A stretch of DNA of 64,000 bases from an uncultured Fibrobacter sp. (GCF_947305105.1 NZ_CAMZCS010000011.1:13397-77396); one strand, 5' to 3'. Counted from the first letter of the stretch, positions 45,617-55,453 are shown. The notes: a model not told the origin generated them from the sequence alone. A program made the numbers and translations.

Positions 45617-45659
45617 TTTACATTTATGTAAAAAACTAATGAATTTTACACAAATGTAA
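45617..45659. promoter_or_regulatory. Two TTACA-N4-TGTAA palindromes upstream of glnN, between glnN and the sigma-54 activator gene
   Basis: TTTACATttATGTAAA lies at 45617-45632 and TTACAcaaaTGTAA at 45646-45659. Their centres are 28 bp apart, and they lie 68-110 bp upstream of the glnN ATG. Confidence 0.3.
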
Positions 45660-45788
45660 TACATAAGGGCGAAAAGAAGCTATTTTATAGGTATCAATTC
45701 TCTCCTAGACAGCTTCCTCCGGCCACGGAGGGGCGCAAACCATTCCGGGCGGGGTCTCTCCGCCCGGAACGGTTTTTCAGAGGAAATA

Positions 45789-46925
45789 GTGCAAGTTCAG
45801 GATATCGAAACCGAAGCTTTGAGCGAAATAGAGCAAGCCCTCCGTCAAAAACGGGCCAAGCCGGAGCTTTTTGCCCAAATCCGCGATATCCTCACCGAAA
45901 AGTTCGCAGAAATCGGCCAGGAATACAAATCCATCAACGACAAACTGCGCAACCTTATCGAAGAAAAGCCCGGTGAACTCATCGGCAACTCCCGCGAAAT
46001 GCGCGAAGTTTCAAAGCGCGTCCGCCACATCGCGAACTCCGAAGCGACCGTCCTCATCCGCGGGAAAACCGGGACAGGCAAGGAGCACGCGGCCCGCAGC
46101 ATCCACCTGCTTTCCGACCGCAAGGAAAAGCCATTCGTCCTGATGAACTGCGACTCCCTGAACGACGACCCGGGAGCGAACAATTTTGAGAGCGAACTCT
46201 TCGGCTACGAGCGCGGGGCCTTCGCCGGAGCGACTAGCAGGCACATCGGCAAAGCGGAACATGCGCGCGAAGGCACCCTCTTCTTGGACGAAATCGGCAA
46301 ACTCGGGCGGGCGGCACAAGCAAGGCTTCTACAATTCGTCCAGGAGCGCGGTTTCTGCCGCCTAGGCAGCAACATCTACCAGCGCTGCAACGCACGCATC
46401 ATCGCATCGACCAGCATGAACCTGGAACAGATGCTACAAGAAGGGACCTTCCGCGAAGACCTATACTACCGCCTGAACATTTTCCAAATAAACTTGCCGG
46501 ACCTCGCCCAGCGCAAGACCGACATATTGCTGCTCGCCGACCATTTTATCGAGAAGATGAACCTCAAGTACGGCAAAGGAATCCTGCGCCTGAGTTCCCC
46601 CGCCATCGACATGCTCATGAGCTACCACTGGCCCGGCAACGTGCGAGAACTCGAAAACTGCATCGAGCACGCCTGCCTCGCCACCACCGACACTTGCATC
46701 AACGCGCACGACCTGCCGCCGACACTGCAGACGGGCAGCGCAAGCAACACGGCCCTCATCCGTAACGACAAGACTCCCCTCGCAACCATTCTCGACAACT
46801 TTGAGCGCGAAATATTGAACGAAGCGCTCAAGCGCAACGACGGCAACCTGAGCGCCGCCGGCCGCGAACTCTCCGTGAGCCCGCGAATGATGCATTACAA
46901 GGTAAAACGGCTGGGAATCGCTTAA
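45789..46925 (+). CDS. Sigma-54-dependent transcriptional activator (AAA+ EBP) without a receiver or obvious sensor domain
   Basis: It has a GTG start after AGGAAA, Walker A GKTGTGKEHAA, ESELFGYERGAFAGA (GAFTGA variant), LFLDEIG, RVIAS-like ARIIAST, and a C-terminal Fis-type HTH (GNLSAAGRELSVSPRMMHYKVKRLGI). Confidence 0.85.
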   Translation: MQVQDIETEALSEIEQALRQKRAKPELFAQIRDILTEKFAEIGQEYKSINDKLRNLIEEKPGELIGNSREMREVSKRVRHIANSEATVLIRGKTGTGKEHAARSIHLLSDRKEKPFVLMNCDSLNDDPGANNFESELFGYERGAFAGATSRHIGKAEHAREGTLFLDEIGKLGRAAQARLLQFVQERGFCRLGSNIYQRCNARIIASTSMNLEQMLQEGTFREDLYYRLNIFQINLPDLAQRKTDILLLADHFIEKMNLKYGKGILRLSSPAIDMLMSYHWPGNVRELENCIEHACLATTDTCINAHDLPPTLQTGSASNTALIRNDKTPLATILDNFEREILNEALKRNDGNLSAAGRELSVSPRMMHYKVKRLGIA

Positions 46926-46957
46926 GATTTTTCCAAGCCTTTTTTTATTATTGTAAT

Positions 46958-49846
46958 ATGAACATCCTCGTCTACTTCCTGTTTGCCCTTTCCGGGTTCG
47001 CGGGCCTCATTTACGAAGGCTCGTGGGCACGCTACCTCAAACTTTTCCTCGGACATTCGAGCTACGGGCAGGTGCTTACGCTCTGCATCTACATGGGTGG
47101 CCTTGCCATCGGTAGCTTTGTCGCAGGCAAACTGGTCGAAAAAATCAAGCGCCCGCTGTTGGGCTATGCCGCCGTGGAACTGGCTATCGGTATCGGCGGT
47201 GTGGCGTACCACCCGCTGTACAACTGGCTCACGGGGATTTTCTACGATTCCTCTTTTGTGGCGGGGCTGAGTTCCCGCGGTGCCGAAGTCGTGAAGGTCG
47301 TCCTTGCGACAGGCAGTACGCTTCCCATCGCGATTGCAGTCGGCATGACGTTCCCCTTTATCGCAGCCGGGCTCATGCGTAAGAGCGGTGCGGAAGTCTC
47401 GCTCCCGATGCTCTACTTTACGAACAGCTTGGGTTCCGCCATCGGCATCTTGTTTACGAGCTACACGCTCATCCCCGTTTTCGGTAACCACGTGACGCTC
47501 TGCGTCGCCGCATCCATCAACTTCTTGCTCGCGACAATCTTTGGCGTTATCGGCTTTGGGACATCGCCGGTTCGCGACGAAGACGATGTCGAAGAAACCG
47601 CCGAAGAAACCCATGTCGATCCCAAGTTACCGATGCCGCCCAAGAGCACCTGGTTCTGGATTGCAGCCATTACCGGCCTTACCTCCTTTGTCTACGAAAT
47701 TGTCTGGATCCGTTTGCTCAGCCTGCTCATGGGTTCTTCGAGCCACAGCTTCGACCAGATGCTTTCGGCCTTTATTCTCGGGCTTTCCATCGGCAGTGCG
47801 GTCAGTGGCAAACTGTTGAAAAAAGATTCGCTGGTGGTGCTTTCGCTCGCCCAGATTTTCATGGCGTTCTTCGCACTGTGTACGCTCTATTTCCATCAGC
47901 CGTTCTGGATGATGATGAACGAGGCGAACCAGATATTCAATTCCACGAATGACGGCTACGTGTGCTGGAGCATCTTCAAGTACGTGCTGTCCCTCCTGTG
48001 GATGGTGCCGACGAGTTTCTTTGCCGGCATGACGCTCCCGCTCATTACGATTATCCTCACGCGCGCATTCAAGTCCGAAGCCCCGATTGGCAAGGTCTAC
48101 GGCTGGAACACGCTCGGTTCCATCATCGGTTCTGCTGGCGGTGGCTTGCTGCTGTTGCCCTTCCTGCAGCTCAAGGGCGCTCTGGTATTTGCCGCCGTTC
48201 TCGACTTCGCTATTGGATTTATCCTGTTGGCCATCTACCGCAAACGCTTCCGCCGCAGCCCCATGTTCTACGTGATTGGCGGCGTGATGATTCTCCCCTC
48301 GTTCTTCATGGGATTCGACCCCTCGCTTGTCACTTCCGGTGCATTCCGCGCTTACAAGGATTTGCACCCGGACGAAAAGATTATCGTGCGTGACGGCAAG
48401 ACGGCAACCATCAGCTTCCACGAATCGAACGTCCATTACTACATCAAGACGAACGGCAAGGCCGACGCGAGCATGAGCAAGGACAGGAACCACCCCATCG
48501 AAGGCGACGAACTCACGCAGGCGGCAACCGCATTTATGCCAATGGCCGTGATGTCTAAACCTTACGATGCCGCCATGGTGGGCTTTGGCAGCGGCATGGG
48601 CGCACATTACCTGCTTTCTGACCCGCTGCTCAAGGACTTCGACTGCGTCGAAATCGAAGAAGAGATGATGAACCTCGCGAAGGGTTTCTACCCGTGGAAC
48701 TCCCGCGGCTACGATGACCCGCGCACGCATATCTACATCGACGACGCGAACACGTTCTTCCTCACGAACCGCCGCCAGTACGACCTTATCGTGAGCGTGC
48801 CCAGCAACCCGTGGGTCAGCGGCGTTGCGAGCCTGTTCAGCCACGAGTTCTACGCCAAGATGCGCCGCTACATGAAGCCGGGCGGACTCTGGGTGCAGTG
48901 GATCCAGACATACGAATTCAACGACCAGCTGTTCCTGAACATTCTCAAGGCGCTTGACGTGGTGTTCCCCTACGTGAGCCTGTACAAGGCGCCGGAAGAA
49001 CCCGACATCATCATTATCGCAAGCGACCAGCCCGTCATCCAGAAGTCCATAGACCGCTTCAAGACAGACCCAGTGCTCGTGAAGGAATTCGAACGCATCC
49101 ATCGTGACCCCGAATTCTTTGGCGAAAGGAACTTCCTGTTCACCTCGAAGATGGTGTCGTCGTTGCTGGACGGCGTGGAACCCAACAGCACGTTTACCCC
49201 GATGGTGGACAACAAGGCGGAGGAGGCCAGGTTCATCCATTCCAATGCACACATCGTGCAGGTGTTCGACTCCTGCGAAATCTGCTGGCCCGAATACCTA
49301 GATTCTGCGGACTACGCGCAGCGCCGTCCCGACCGCGTGCAGGCCCTCATGGAAGGCTCGCACGACCCGTTCATCGAACGCGCCTTGCTTGGCTACCTGA
49401 ATAGCATCGACACGACCGTGCAGGAAGTTTCTCCCGAATGGAAGAAGTTCCGCATGCAGTACATCGAGTGGGTGCGTGGAGTCCCGTTTGAGGCCCGCGA
49501 CACCAACGAAATCTACGCGAAGGTCCGCGAGCTCGTGAACCTAGGGCGCTTCCCGGCATCGTTCACAGATGAGTTCAACATCACCGAAGTCGCCCGCGTC
49601 AAGGACTACGAAACTGCGGCACACCTCGTTGCCGATTTCTATGAAAAGTACGAAGTCAAGGACATGGACGAATTCTTCTTGCGTAACGCCATCCTGATAG
49701 CACTCCTCGCAAAAGAACCGGAACTGGCGCACGTGCTCTACAGAGAAGCCATCTACAAGCACGAAAGCTTCTTCCCGGTCGAGAAACTCCTGATATCGAA
49801 GGAAATCAAGAAACTCCGCCGAACCATTGCGATGGAAAAGAGGTAG
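46958..49846 (+). CDS. Fused polytopic membrane domain / spermidine-synthase-like aminopropyltransferase-fold protein
   Basis: 962 aa. The N-terminal ~450 aa has many TM helices (LFALSGFAGLIYEGSWARYL..). The methyltransferase-fold region has MVGFGSGMGAHYLL, CVEIEEEM, IYIDDANTF and DLIVSVPSNPWVSG. Confidence 0.85.
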   Translation: MNILVYFLFALSGFAGLIYEGSWARYLKLFLGHSSYGQVLTLCIYMGGLAIGSFVAGKLVEKIKRPLLGYAAVELAIGIGGVAYHPLYNWLTGIFYDSSFVAGLSSRGAEVVKVVLATGSTLPIAIAVGMTFPFIAAGLMRKSGAEVSLPMLYFTNSLGSAIGILFTSYTLIPVFGNHVTLCVAASINFLLATIFGVIGFGTSPVRDEDDVEETAEETHVDPKLPMPPKSTWFWIAAITGLTSFVYEIVWIRLLSLLMGSSSHSFDQMLSAFILGLSIGSAVSGKLLKKDSLVVLSLAQIFMAFFALCTLYFHQPFWMMMNEANQIFNSTNDGYVCWSIFKYVLSLLWMVPTSFFAGMTLPLITIILTRAFKSEAPIGKVYGWNTLGSIIGSAGGGLLLLPFLQLKGALVFAAVLDFAIGFILLAIYRKRFRRSPMFYVIGGVMILPSFFMGFDPSLVTSGAFRAYKDLHPDEKIIVRDGKTATISFHESNVHYYIKTNGKADASMSKDRNHPIEGDELTQAATAFMPMAVMSKPYDAAMVGFGSGMGAHYLLSDPLLKDFDCVEIEEEMMNLAKGFYPWNSRGYDDPRTHIYIDDANTFFLTNRRQYDLIVSVPSNPWVSGVASLFSHEFYAKMRRYMKPGGLWVQWIQTYEFNDQLFLNILKALDVVFPYVSLYKAPEEPDIIIIASDQPVIQKSIDRFKTDPVLVKEFERIHRDPEFFGERNFLFTSKMVSSLLDGVEPNSTFTPMVDNKAEEARFIHSNAHIVQVFDSCEICWPEYLDSADYAQRRPDRVQALMEGSHDPFIERALLGYLNSIDTTVQEVSPEWKKFRMQYIEWVRGVPFEARDTNEIYAKVRELVNLGRFPASFTDEFNITEVARVKDYETAAHLVADFYEKYEVKDMDEFFLRNAILIALLAKEPELAHVLYREAIYKHESFFPVEKLLISKEIKKLRRTIAMEKR

Positions 49847-49866
49847 CCGTGAGCAATGAGCGATGA

Positions 49867-49890
49867 GGTATGAGGTACCAACCTCATACC
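49867..49890 (+). terminator. Perfect 10-bp hairpin GGTATGAGGT-acca-ACCTCATACC after the spermidine-synthase-like gene
   Basis: Seen directly. It belongs to the 'atgagg' word family also present at 23184-23218 and 63651-63700. There is no clear T-tract, so its terminator function is uncertain. Confidence 0.35.
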
Positions 49891-49928
49891 TACTACCGCT
49901 TTGTTCAAAATGAACGTATATTTATTGT

Positions 49929-50642
49929 ATGCGTTTACCGGTAGTCATACTTGCATTGAATGCGTTGGTTTTCGCCCAAGGAACAATCCCTGATGGTAGG
50001 GATCCCTCCAAACACGAGCAATGCGAACCTAATTATTATGAATGCCTCAATCCAAAAGGCATGCAACGACTGGTGGATAAACCCACAGATAGTACGGACA
50101 TGTCTACATTCCCAAGTCTAAAACATACAGTGAACATCTCAGGAATTGTTGATTCTGTTGTCCCTATAGCCACAGATAGCATGTTGGGTGATATTGACCT
50201 CAACGCCTGTGTTGAGTATGAAATAAACGGGGAAACACACTGCCATTACAGCATTGTTGGATACCTGAACCCCTCTAGCAACCGACAGGAAGAGGTAAGA
50301 CACGTCTTTCTACGAAATTTCAAGGCTTACTTCGAAACAGAATCACCCATGACAAAAGCACTGGATTCTTCTTGGATCTATTATCCCCAAAAAATTGAAC
50401 TTAAAGTCGGAGATTCGCTTTTTATAAAGGGGTATTCGGCACTATTCAACAACGCAAAAAACGAAAACTGCACATATTTTCCTTCAGCCGTAGTTACCGG
50501 CGAATACTTCGTCAACCCGACAGAAGATATTTTGGCAACGCCGCGTTCTCACATTTTGAAGGTTGGAAAGCCCAAAATTCACAACCGTGATGCCGGTGGC
50601 CGCTGCGTGAACGACAAGAAAAGGAATGTGATTAGGTATTAG
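49929..50642 (+). CDS. Small secreted hypothetical protein, paralog A (family of three)
   Basis: It has the signal peptide MRLPVVILALNALVFAQG and the conserved C-terminus GEYFVNPTEDILATPRSHILKVGKPKIHNRDAGGRCVNDKKRNVIRY. Confidence 0.8.
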   Translation: MRLPVVILALNALVFAQGTIPDGRDPSKHEQCEPNYYECLNPKGMQRLVDKPTDSTDMSTFPSLKHTVNISGIVDSVVPIATDSMLGDIDLNACVEYEINGETHCHYSIVGYLNPSSNRQEEVRHVFLRNFKAYFETESPMTKALDSSWIYYPQKIELKVGDSLFIKGYSALFNNAKNENCTYFPSAVVTGEYFVNPTEDILATPRSHILKVGKPKIHNRDAGGRCVNDKKRNVIRY

Positions 50643-50669
50643 GCGCGAGGCTCGAGCCTCACCCCCATC

Positions 50670-53600
50670 TTACCAATTCACGCCTAGTTCCACATTGTAT
50701 GGCAACCCGAGAGAAGCGACACCCATCGCCTGACCAGACACCCATGCATTGACTCTGTACGGGCGGTGCCCAAGGTTATGCAACTTGACAAGGTAACGCT
50801 TACCCCTGACAAACCCGAACGATTTTTCCATGTACCAACCGGACAATGGATATGTTCCGTTGTCGTATGTCATGGAGCCAGTCATTTCGATGCCGTCCTC
50901 CGGAGCGATTCCGAGAGTAACTACAGCCGGAGTCCAATCGTTCGGGAACCCGGTAATTTCAATCCAGAGGTCACCTTCGGGAACGACACGCTTGGACTCG
51001 TTCACATGCAACGTTATCGGCGTAGACGAACTGCATCCGTTGTCCTGCGGGCATGCCGGTTCCACTTGATTGACGGGGTTATCCGTCAACTTTCCGGCAA
51101 AACGCAAATTGTCTATCCAAAGAGAATCCGCAGAATTCAGCACAATCTGGAAACGGGCATCGTGATGCTGTTCTGAAAGAACTTTCTTCACGCGGAACGG
51201 CACCCTGAACTCGTAAGACTTCCAGTTTCCAAAATAGGGATCCAACTGGATCTGCTCGCCAAGTTGGATTCGCTTGTTCGAAGACGGCACGTAGAGCCAG
51301 AGCTCCAGCGTACCGATCCAGTACGGATTCTGCGTACTCGCAGGAACGAAAACATCCACGCTCATTCTCTCACCGATAACATCAAAATCCGATGTCGATA
51401 TGTTGCGGCTCTCGATGATTTTCCACCCAGCAGGAGTGACGAGGCTTGTGTTCCCCTCACTCTTGCGGCTTCCGTCCAAAGTAAGCGTCGTGTGCTGAGA
51501 ATGCCAGTCCGTGGCGACCTCGAAGCGGCCAACGGAGAATTCTGCAGTTTCCTTTTCCAACAGGAACAGGTCGTAGTTCACGCCGGACGAATTTGTCCCG
51601 ACAACAGCCACGATATTGCCAGGTTTCGCAAATTCTGCCGAAAGCGGGATGGAGATGTATCCAGAACCGTTGTTTGCCACGTTCACGGAATAAACAGGAA
51701 TCGAAGAATCAGAGGGTTGATAAACTTCGACCCTGTCAAAAGAGCCCAAATCGTTCGAGGAAAGTCGCAGCGAATAGCTCCGACCCGCAAGAGTGGCCTC
51801 GATTTCAAAACGGTCGGTATCCGAGCCGGATTGCAAGAAGGCGTTCACCCGCTTTTCGGGTTTGAGTTTCACGAGGTTGGTATTTGATTCGTCGGTACAA
51901 CACCCGGTAACGATAAACTGTCCATTACGGACAAATTCAAACGGATTCGGATCTACAATCTCCGTGAACGGAATTGAATCCGGCAGGGTAGTCCCCACGC
52001 GGGTCGTGTGCGCGACACCACCGGGACTGGACATCGTGATTTCCCACCGATAGGTCCCATTCTTGCTTATGGGAGGCATGTCTGCATAATAGAGACCATC
52101 ACCTGCACGGAAATCTCCGCCAAGACCATCGTCGCGCAAAGTGAAGTTCACCACGTTTCCGTCTGGTGACACAAGTTTTCCAATAGCATCAACATCGGCA
52201 AGTATCCCCTTCAGGCCCCGGACCGACGCAGTGAAATACTTCTGCACCGGCCACTCAAACAGCCCTTCCGGGAAAAGAGTCGCATTCATGGAATGCTCCT
52301 GATACTCACCCGTAGCGATAACCCTGAAATCTACATTAGCGCCGGAAAGGTTATTCTTGACCTTGAACGCAGAATTGGGCAACGACACCAGCGTAGCCGA
52401 ATCAACTTCGGCGGTGAAGTAGACCGTATTGCCAATTGTATTGGATGTCGGGAAAAACGGGATGGCCGCCCCGCCTTGAGTAAGCAATTCAATCGGGCTA
52501 CCCGCAGAACCGGAAGACGAACCCGTGGAACTGGAAGACGGAATATCGTAGGACGCATAGACGCGGGCACGCTGGAGGCGCCGAGGAAGATAAACATCAC
52601 CCGAAGTCTGAGCTGGAGCGACTACGGCTGCCTTTAGTTGGGTGTTCCCTGGCATTGCAGCAAGAACATTCGCAGTTGACGCGATTACCTCATGAGCCAA
52701 CCCAGACCCTTCCTCGAAATATTCCCCACCCGTCTCCGCAGCCATCGAAGATAGCAACCCTCGGCATGCCTTTGTTCCATAAGCAAACGTATTGATAGAA
52801 ATATTTTTGGACCTATAGAGATTGACGACCTCCTTTTCGGTATGCGTACTTCTATAGTCAATCCCATCAGAGATTACATACAGAGTTTTTTGACTGGCCG
52901 TATCCGAAAAATTGTCAATGGCCGAATACAGCGCATCAAAGAACGCCGTATTGCCCCCAGCCGTGAGCGAATCTATTGCGCTATCAAGCCCCAATAAAGA
53001 TTGAACCGTAATAAGGGAACGGACCTTGACAACACTGTCATTGAACGCATAGACACCGACAGAAATGTTTGAGTTATTGAACGTCGTATATGCCGGGTCT
53101 TCGTTTAGGGATGACTTTATGTAATTTTTCGCAGACAACTTTGCTTTTTCCAATTTGTTTTCAACACCCATGCTGCTGGATATGTCCACGAGCACGATTT
53201 TCTCCGTTTCAGGGCGATCCCACCGAATGTTTAGGTACTTGTGGGTCTGCCTTCTGTATATGGACGGATCCTGACCGGCGAGTTCGACCTTCATGTACGG
53301 GAGATCATATGTTTTCTCAAGGCCACACGTTTGCTCATGCAGCCAGACCGCATAACCTTCCTGGATTTTGCCCGTGGCAGGGTTATAATTCGTCAAAAAT
53401 GACTTAGCCCTAAACATGTCCGACGCCGTCGGTTTTCGTTTGGCGAGAGACTTGAACCAGTATCTTTGATTTGGATAGCTCCCACCATAAACGAAATCCT
53501 TCTCTGGGTTCATTGTAACCTTATCCCATGCGGAAATTGGCTTGCCATTTTCATCACGACAACACATCCCCTGTGCGGAATAAGGGTCAATATTGAACTC

Positions 53601-54635
53601 GGTACTGAGATTCGCCCACTGCCACTGGATATCCCTGATTCCATCGGGGGAACAATACCATGATGTCGCCACATCATGACTGTTACCCATTATAGAATGG
53701 GCGACAGAACTTCTGTTTGCTCCCGGCAAATCAAGAGCTCTAGCATAACTATTCCTTGCCCAATTCCAACTAGGCAAATCAAGGGTCCATGTCCCAGAAC
53801 CCCCGTTCTTGATATCTATGTGATTTCCATTTGGATCCTTCAAATTGAACGAGAATTTCCCTATGCTGGTACTATCCCAAATCTGGTCAATTGTCGCATA
53901 GTCGTTCACCATTGTCCCGGTACCACGAATCGGTCCGCTGCTCAAGCCTTGAGGAATTATTGATGTATCACCCATGGGGATAAAAACCACAGGTGTTCCC
54001 TTATCTTTGAATGGAGAAATCATATCAATATAATGTGTGGGGTATGTAATTTTATTTGTAGGTTTAAGAGACCCATCTGCGTCACGAACTAAATCCCAAA
54101 TGATAATCCTGTCTGAATCCGGATCTGCCGTAACAACAAACTGAATTGCAGTTTTGGCGTAATCGTCGTCAAGACCATAAAAATGATGAACAGATTCGTG
54201 AGCCAAAGTAATTCCGAAATCAAACCGACTCACTTCATTCCCTAAGTGATCTATCCCCTCACTCCAATCATCCGACACAACCATTCTACCGCCATCTTCA
54301 ACAAATGAGTGGCTATTATGAGGCCATTCATTTTTTTTATTCCATACTATTGTTGTGCTAGAACAGAATCTTTCTCCAGTATAAATGGTAACATTGCCTA
54401 AATAATTGCCCCCATTTGAAACTTCGTATAGGCCATCTGCAAAGTACCCAATAACATCCTCATAAAGTAATTCTTGAGTCTTCGTTGGAGTCCGTTCAAG
54501 GCAAATCGACAAGTCTATAATTTCCTCTTCAGGATCCCCATTAGAATCATAACTAGCAACTCTTACATGTGTAAAAGCAGAATTTGCTGAAAAAACGATA
54601 GAATATGCAAACAAGAATAAAATAATTTTGTTCAT
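50670..54635 (-). CDS. Large secreted zincin metalloprotease-like protein with a vWA domain (CLCA/M64-type HExxHxxxGLxDDY motif)
   Basis: 1321 aa with a signal peptide. AHESVHHFYGLDDDY is at aa 145-159 (nt 54200-54186 encode HESVH). The vWA MIDAS is IVLVDISSSMG at aa ~479-490, with ..GGNTAFFDAL.. downstream. A long beta-rich C-terminal region follows. Confidence 0.8.
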   Translation of the reverse strand: MNKIILFLFAYSIVFSANSAFTHVRVASYDSNGDPEEEIIDLSICLERTPTKTQELLYEDVIGYFADGLYEVSNGGNYLGNVTIYTGERFCSSTTIVWNKKNEWPHNSHSFVEDGGRMVVSDDWSEGIDHLGNEVSRFDFGITLAHESVHHFYGLDDDYAKTAIQFVVTADPDSDRIIIWDLVRDADGSLKPTNKITYPTHYIDMISPFKDKGTPVVFIPMGDTSIIPQGLSSGPIRGTGTMVNDYATIDQIWDSTSIGKFSFNLKDPNGNHIDIKNGGSGTWTLDLPSWNWARNSYARALDLPGANRSSVAHSIMGNSHDVATSWYCSPDGIRDIQWQWANLSTEFNIDPYSAQGMCCRDENGKPISAWDKVTMNPEKDFVYGGSYPNQRYWFKSLAKRKPTASDMFRAKSFLTNYNPATGKIQEGYAVWLHEQTCGLEKTYDLPYMKVELAGQDPSIYRRQTHKYLNIRWDRPETEKIVLVDISSSMGVENKLEKAKLSAKNYIKSSLNEDPAYTTFNNSNISVGVYAFNDSVVKVRSLITVQSLLGLDSAIDSLTAGGNTAFFDALYSAIDNFSDTASQKTLYVISDGIDYRSTHTEKEVVNLYRSKNISINTFAYGTKACRGLLSSMAAETGGEYFEEGSGLAHEVIASTANVLAAMPGNTQLKAAVVAPAQTSGDVYLPRRLQRARVYASYDIPSSSSTGSSSGSAGSPIELLTQGGAAIPFFPTSNTIGNTVYFTAEVDSATLVSLPNSAFKVKNNLSGANVDFRVIATGEYQEHSMNATLFPEGLFEWPVQKYFTASVRGLKGILADVDAIGKLVSPDGNVVNFTLRDDGLGGDFRAGDGLYYADMPPISKNGTYRWEITMSSPGGVAHTTRVGTTLPDSIPFTEIVDPNPFEFVRNGQFIVTGCCTDESNTNLVKLKPEKRVNAFLQSGSDTDRFEIEATLAGRSYSLRLSSNDLGSFDRVEVYQPSDSSIPVYSVNVANNGSGYISIPLSAEFAKPGNIVAVVGTNSSGVNYDLFLLEKETAEFSVGRFEVATDWHSQHTTLTLDGSRKSEGNTSLVTPAGWKIIESRNISTSDFDVIGERMSVDVFVPASTQNPYWIGTLELWLYVPSSNKRIQLGEQIQLDPYFGNWKSYEFRVPFRVKKVLSEQHHDARFQIVLNSADSLWIDNLRFAGKLTDNPVNQVEPACPQDNGCSSSTPITLHVNESKRVVPEGDLWIEITGFPNDWTPAVVTLGIAPEDGIEMTGSMTYDNGTYPLSGWYMEKSFGFVRGKRYLVKLHNLGHRPYRVNAWVSGQAMGVASLGLPYNVELGVNW

Positions 54636-54747
54636 AATGTTATGTTATACATTTATTTTGTCTAGAAAATACAAACGTTTGTTTTTTTTTACAATTTTAA
54701 AATTGAAATTTCTTGCATGTTTGATCATCTATATTTATATTAGATTC

Positions 54748-55392
54748 ATGCGTTATCTTTGCTTTCTTTGCATATTATTATGGATTTCAGGGGCATCTGC
54801 TACTAATTGCAGTTCGTATCCCCATGGAATGCAAAATGTGATAGAAGGCGATACCGTAAGTAAACTTTTAAAGAACACCATAAACATTTCTGGAACCGTT
54901 GTTAACCCTGATGTAGATTACATAACTAGTGCAGCATGTTGGATAAGCGCAGGACCTCGTTGTATTGCTTCTGTAACAACGGAAAAATATTCTCGCAAAA
55001 TGGTATTAGACCACGATACCGTAACCATAAGCTCAAATGCAAGGGTTGCTGCATTGCGTAACTTTAAGATTGATTCCGATGAAATAAACGCAATGTACAA
55101 TGCGGTAGACTCATCATGGATTATCTACCCTGAAGAGCTCAATCTACAGGAAGGAGATTCGCTTTACATTAAAGATTATTCTGCAATATATTCTTTCTTA
55201 TTTAGCGAAAGTACACATTGTGACGGCCCCGCCTACATTCATGCCACTGGCGAATACTTCGTCAACCCGACAGAAGATATTTTGGCAACGCCGCGGTCCC
55301 GCGTTTTGAAGGTTGAAAAGCCCAAAATTCACAATCGCGATGCCGGTGGCCGTTGCATAAACGACAAGAAAAGGAATGTGATTAGGTATTAG
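54748..55392 (+). CDS. Small secreted hypothetical protein, paralog B
   Basis: Start is taken at MRYLCFLCILLWISGASA (signal peptide). The C-terminal 60 aa are nearly identical to paralogs A and C. Confidence 0.75.
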   Translation: MRYLCFLCILLWISGASATNCSSYPHGMQNVIEGDTVSKLLKNTINISGTVVNPDVDYITSAACWISAGPRCIASVTTEKYSRKMVLDHDTVTISSNARVAALRNFKIDSDEINAMYNAVDSSWIIYPEELNLQEGDSLYIKDYSAIYSFLFSESTHCDGPAYIHATGEYFVNPTEDILATPRSRVLKVEKPKIHNRDAGGRCINDKKRNVIRY

Positions 55393-55453
55393 GCTCGAGG
55401 CTCGAGCCTCACCCCCACTACCGCTTTGTTCAAAATGAACGTATATTTATTAT

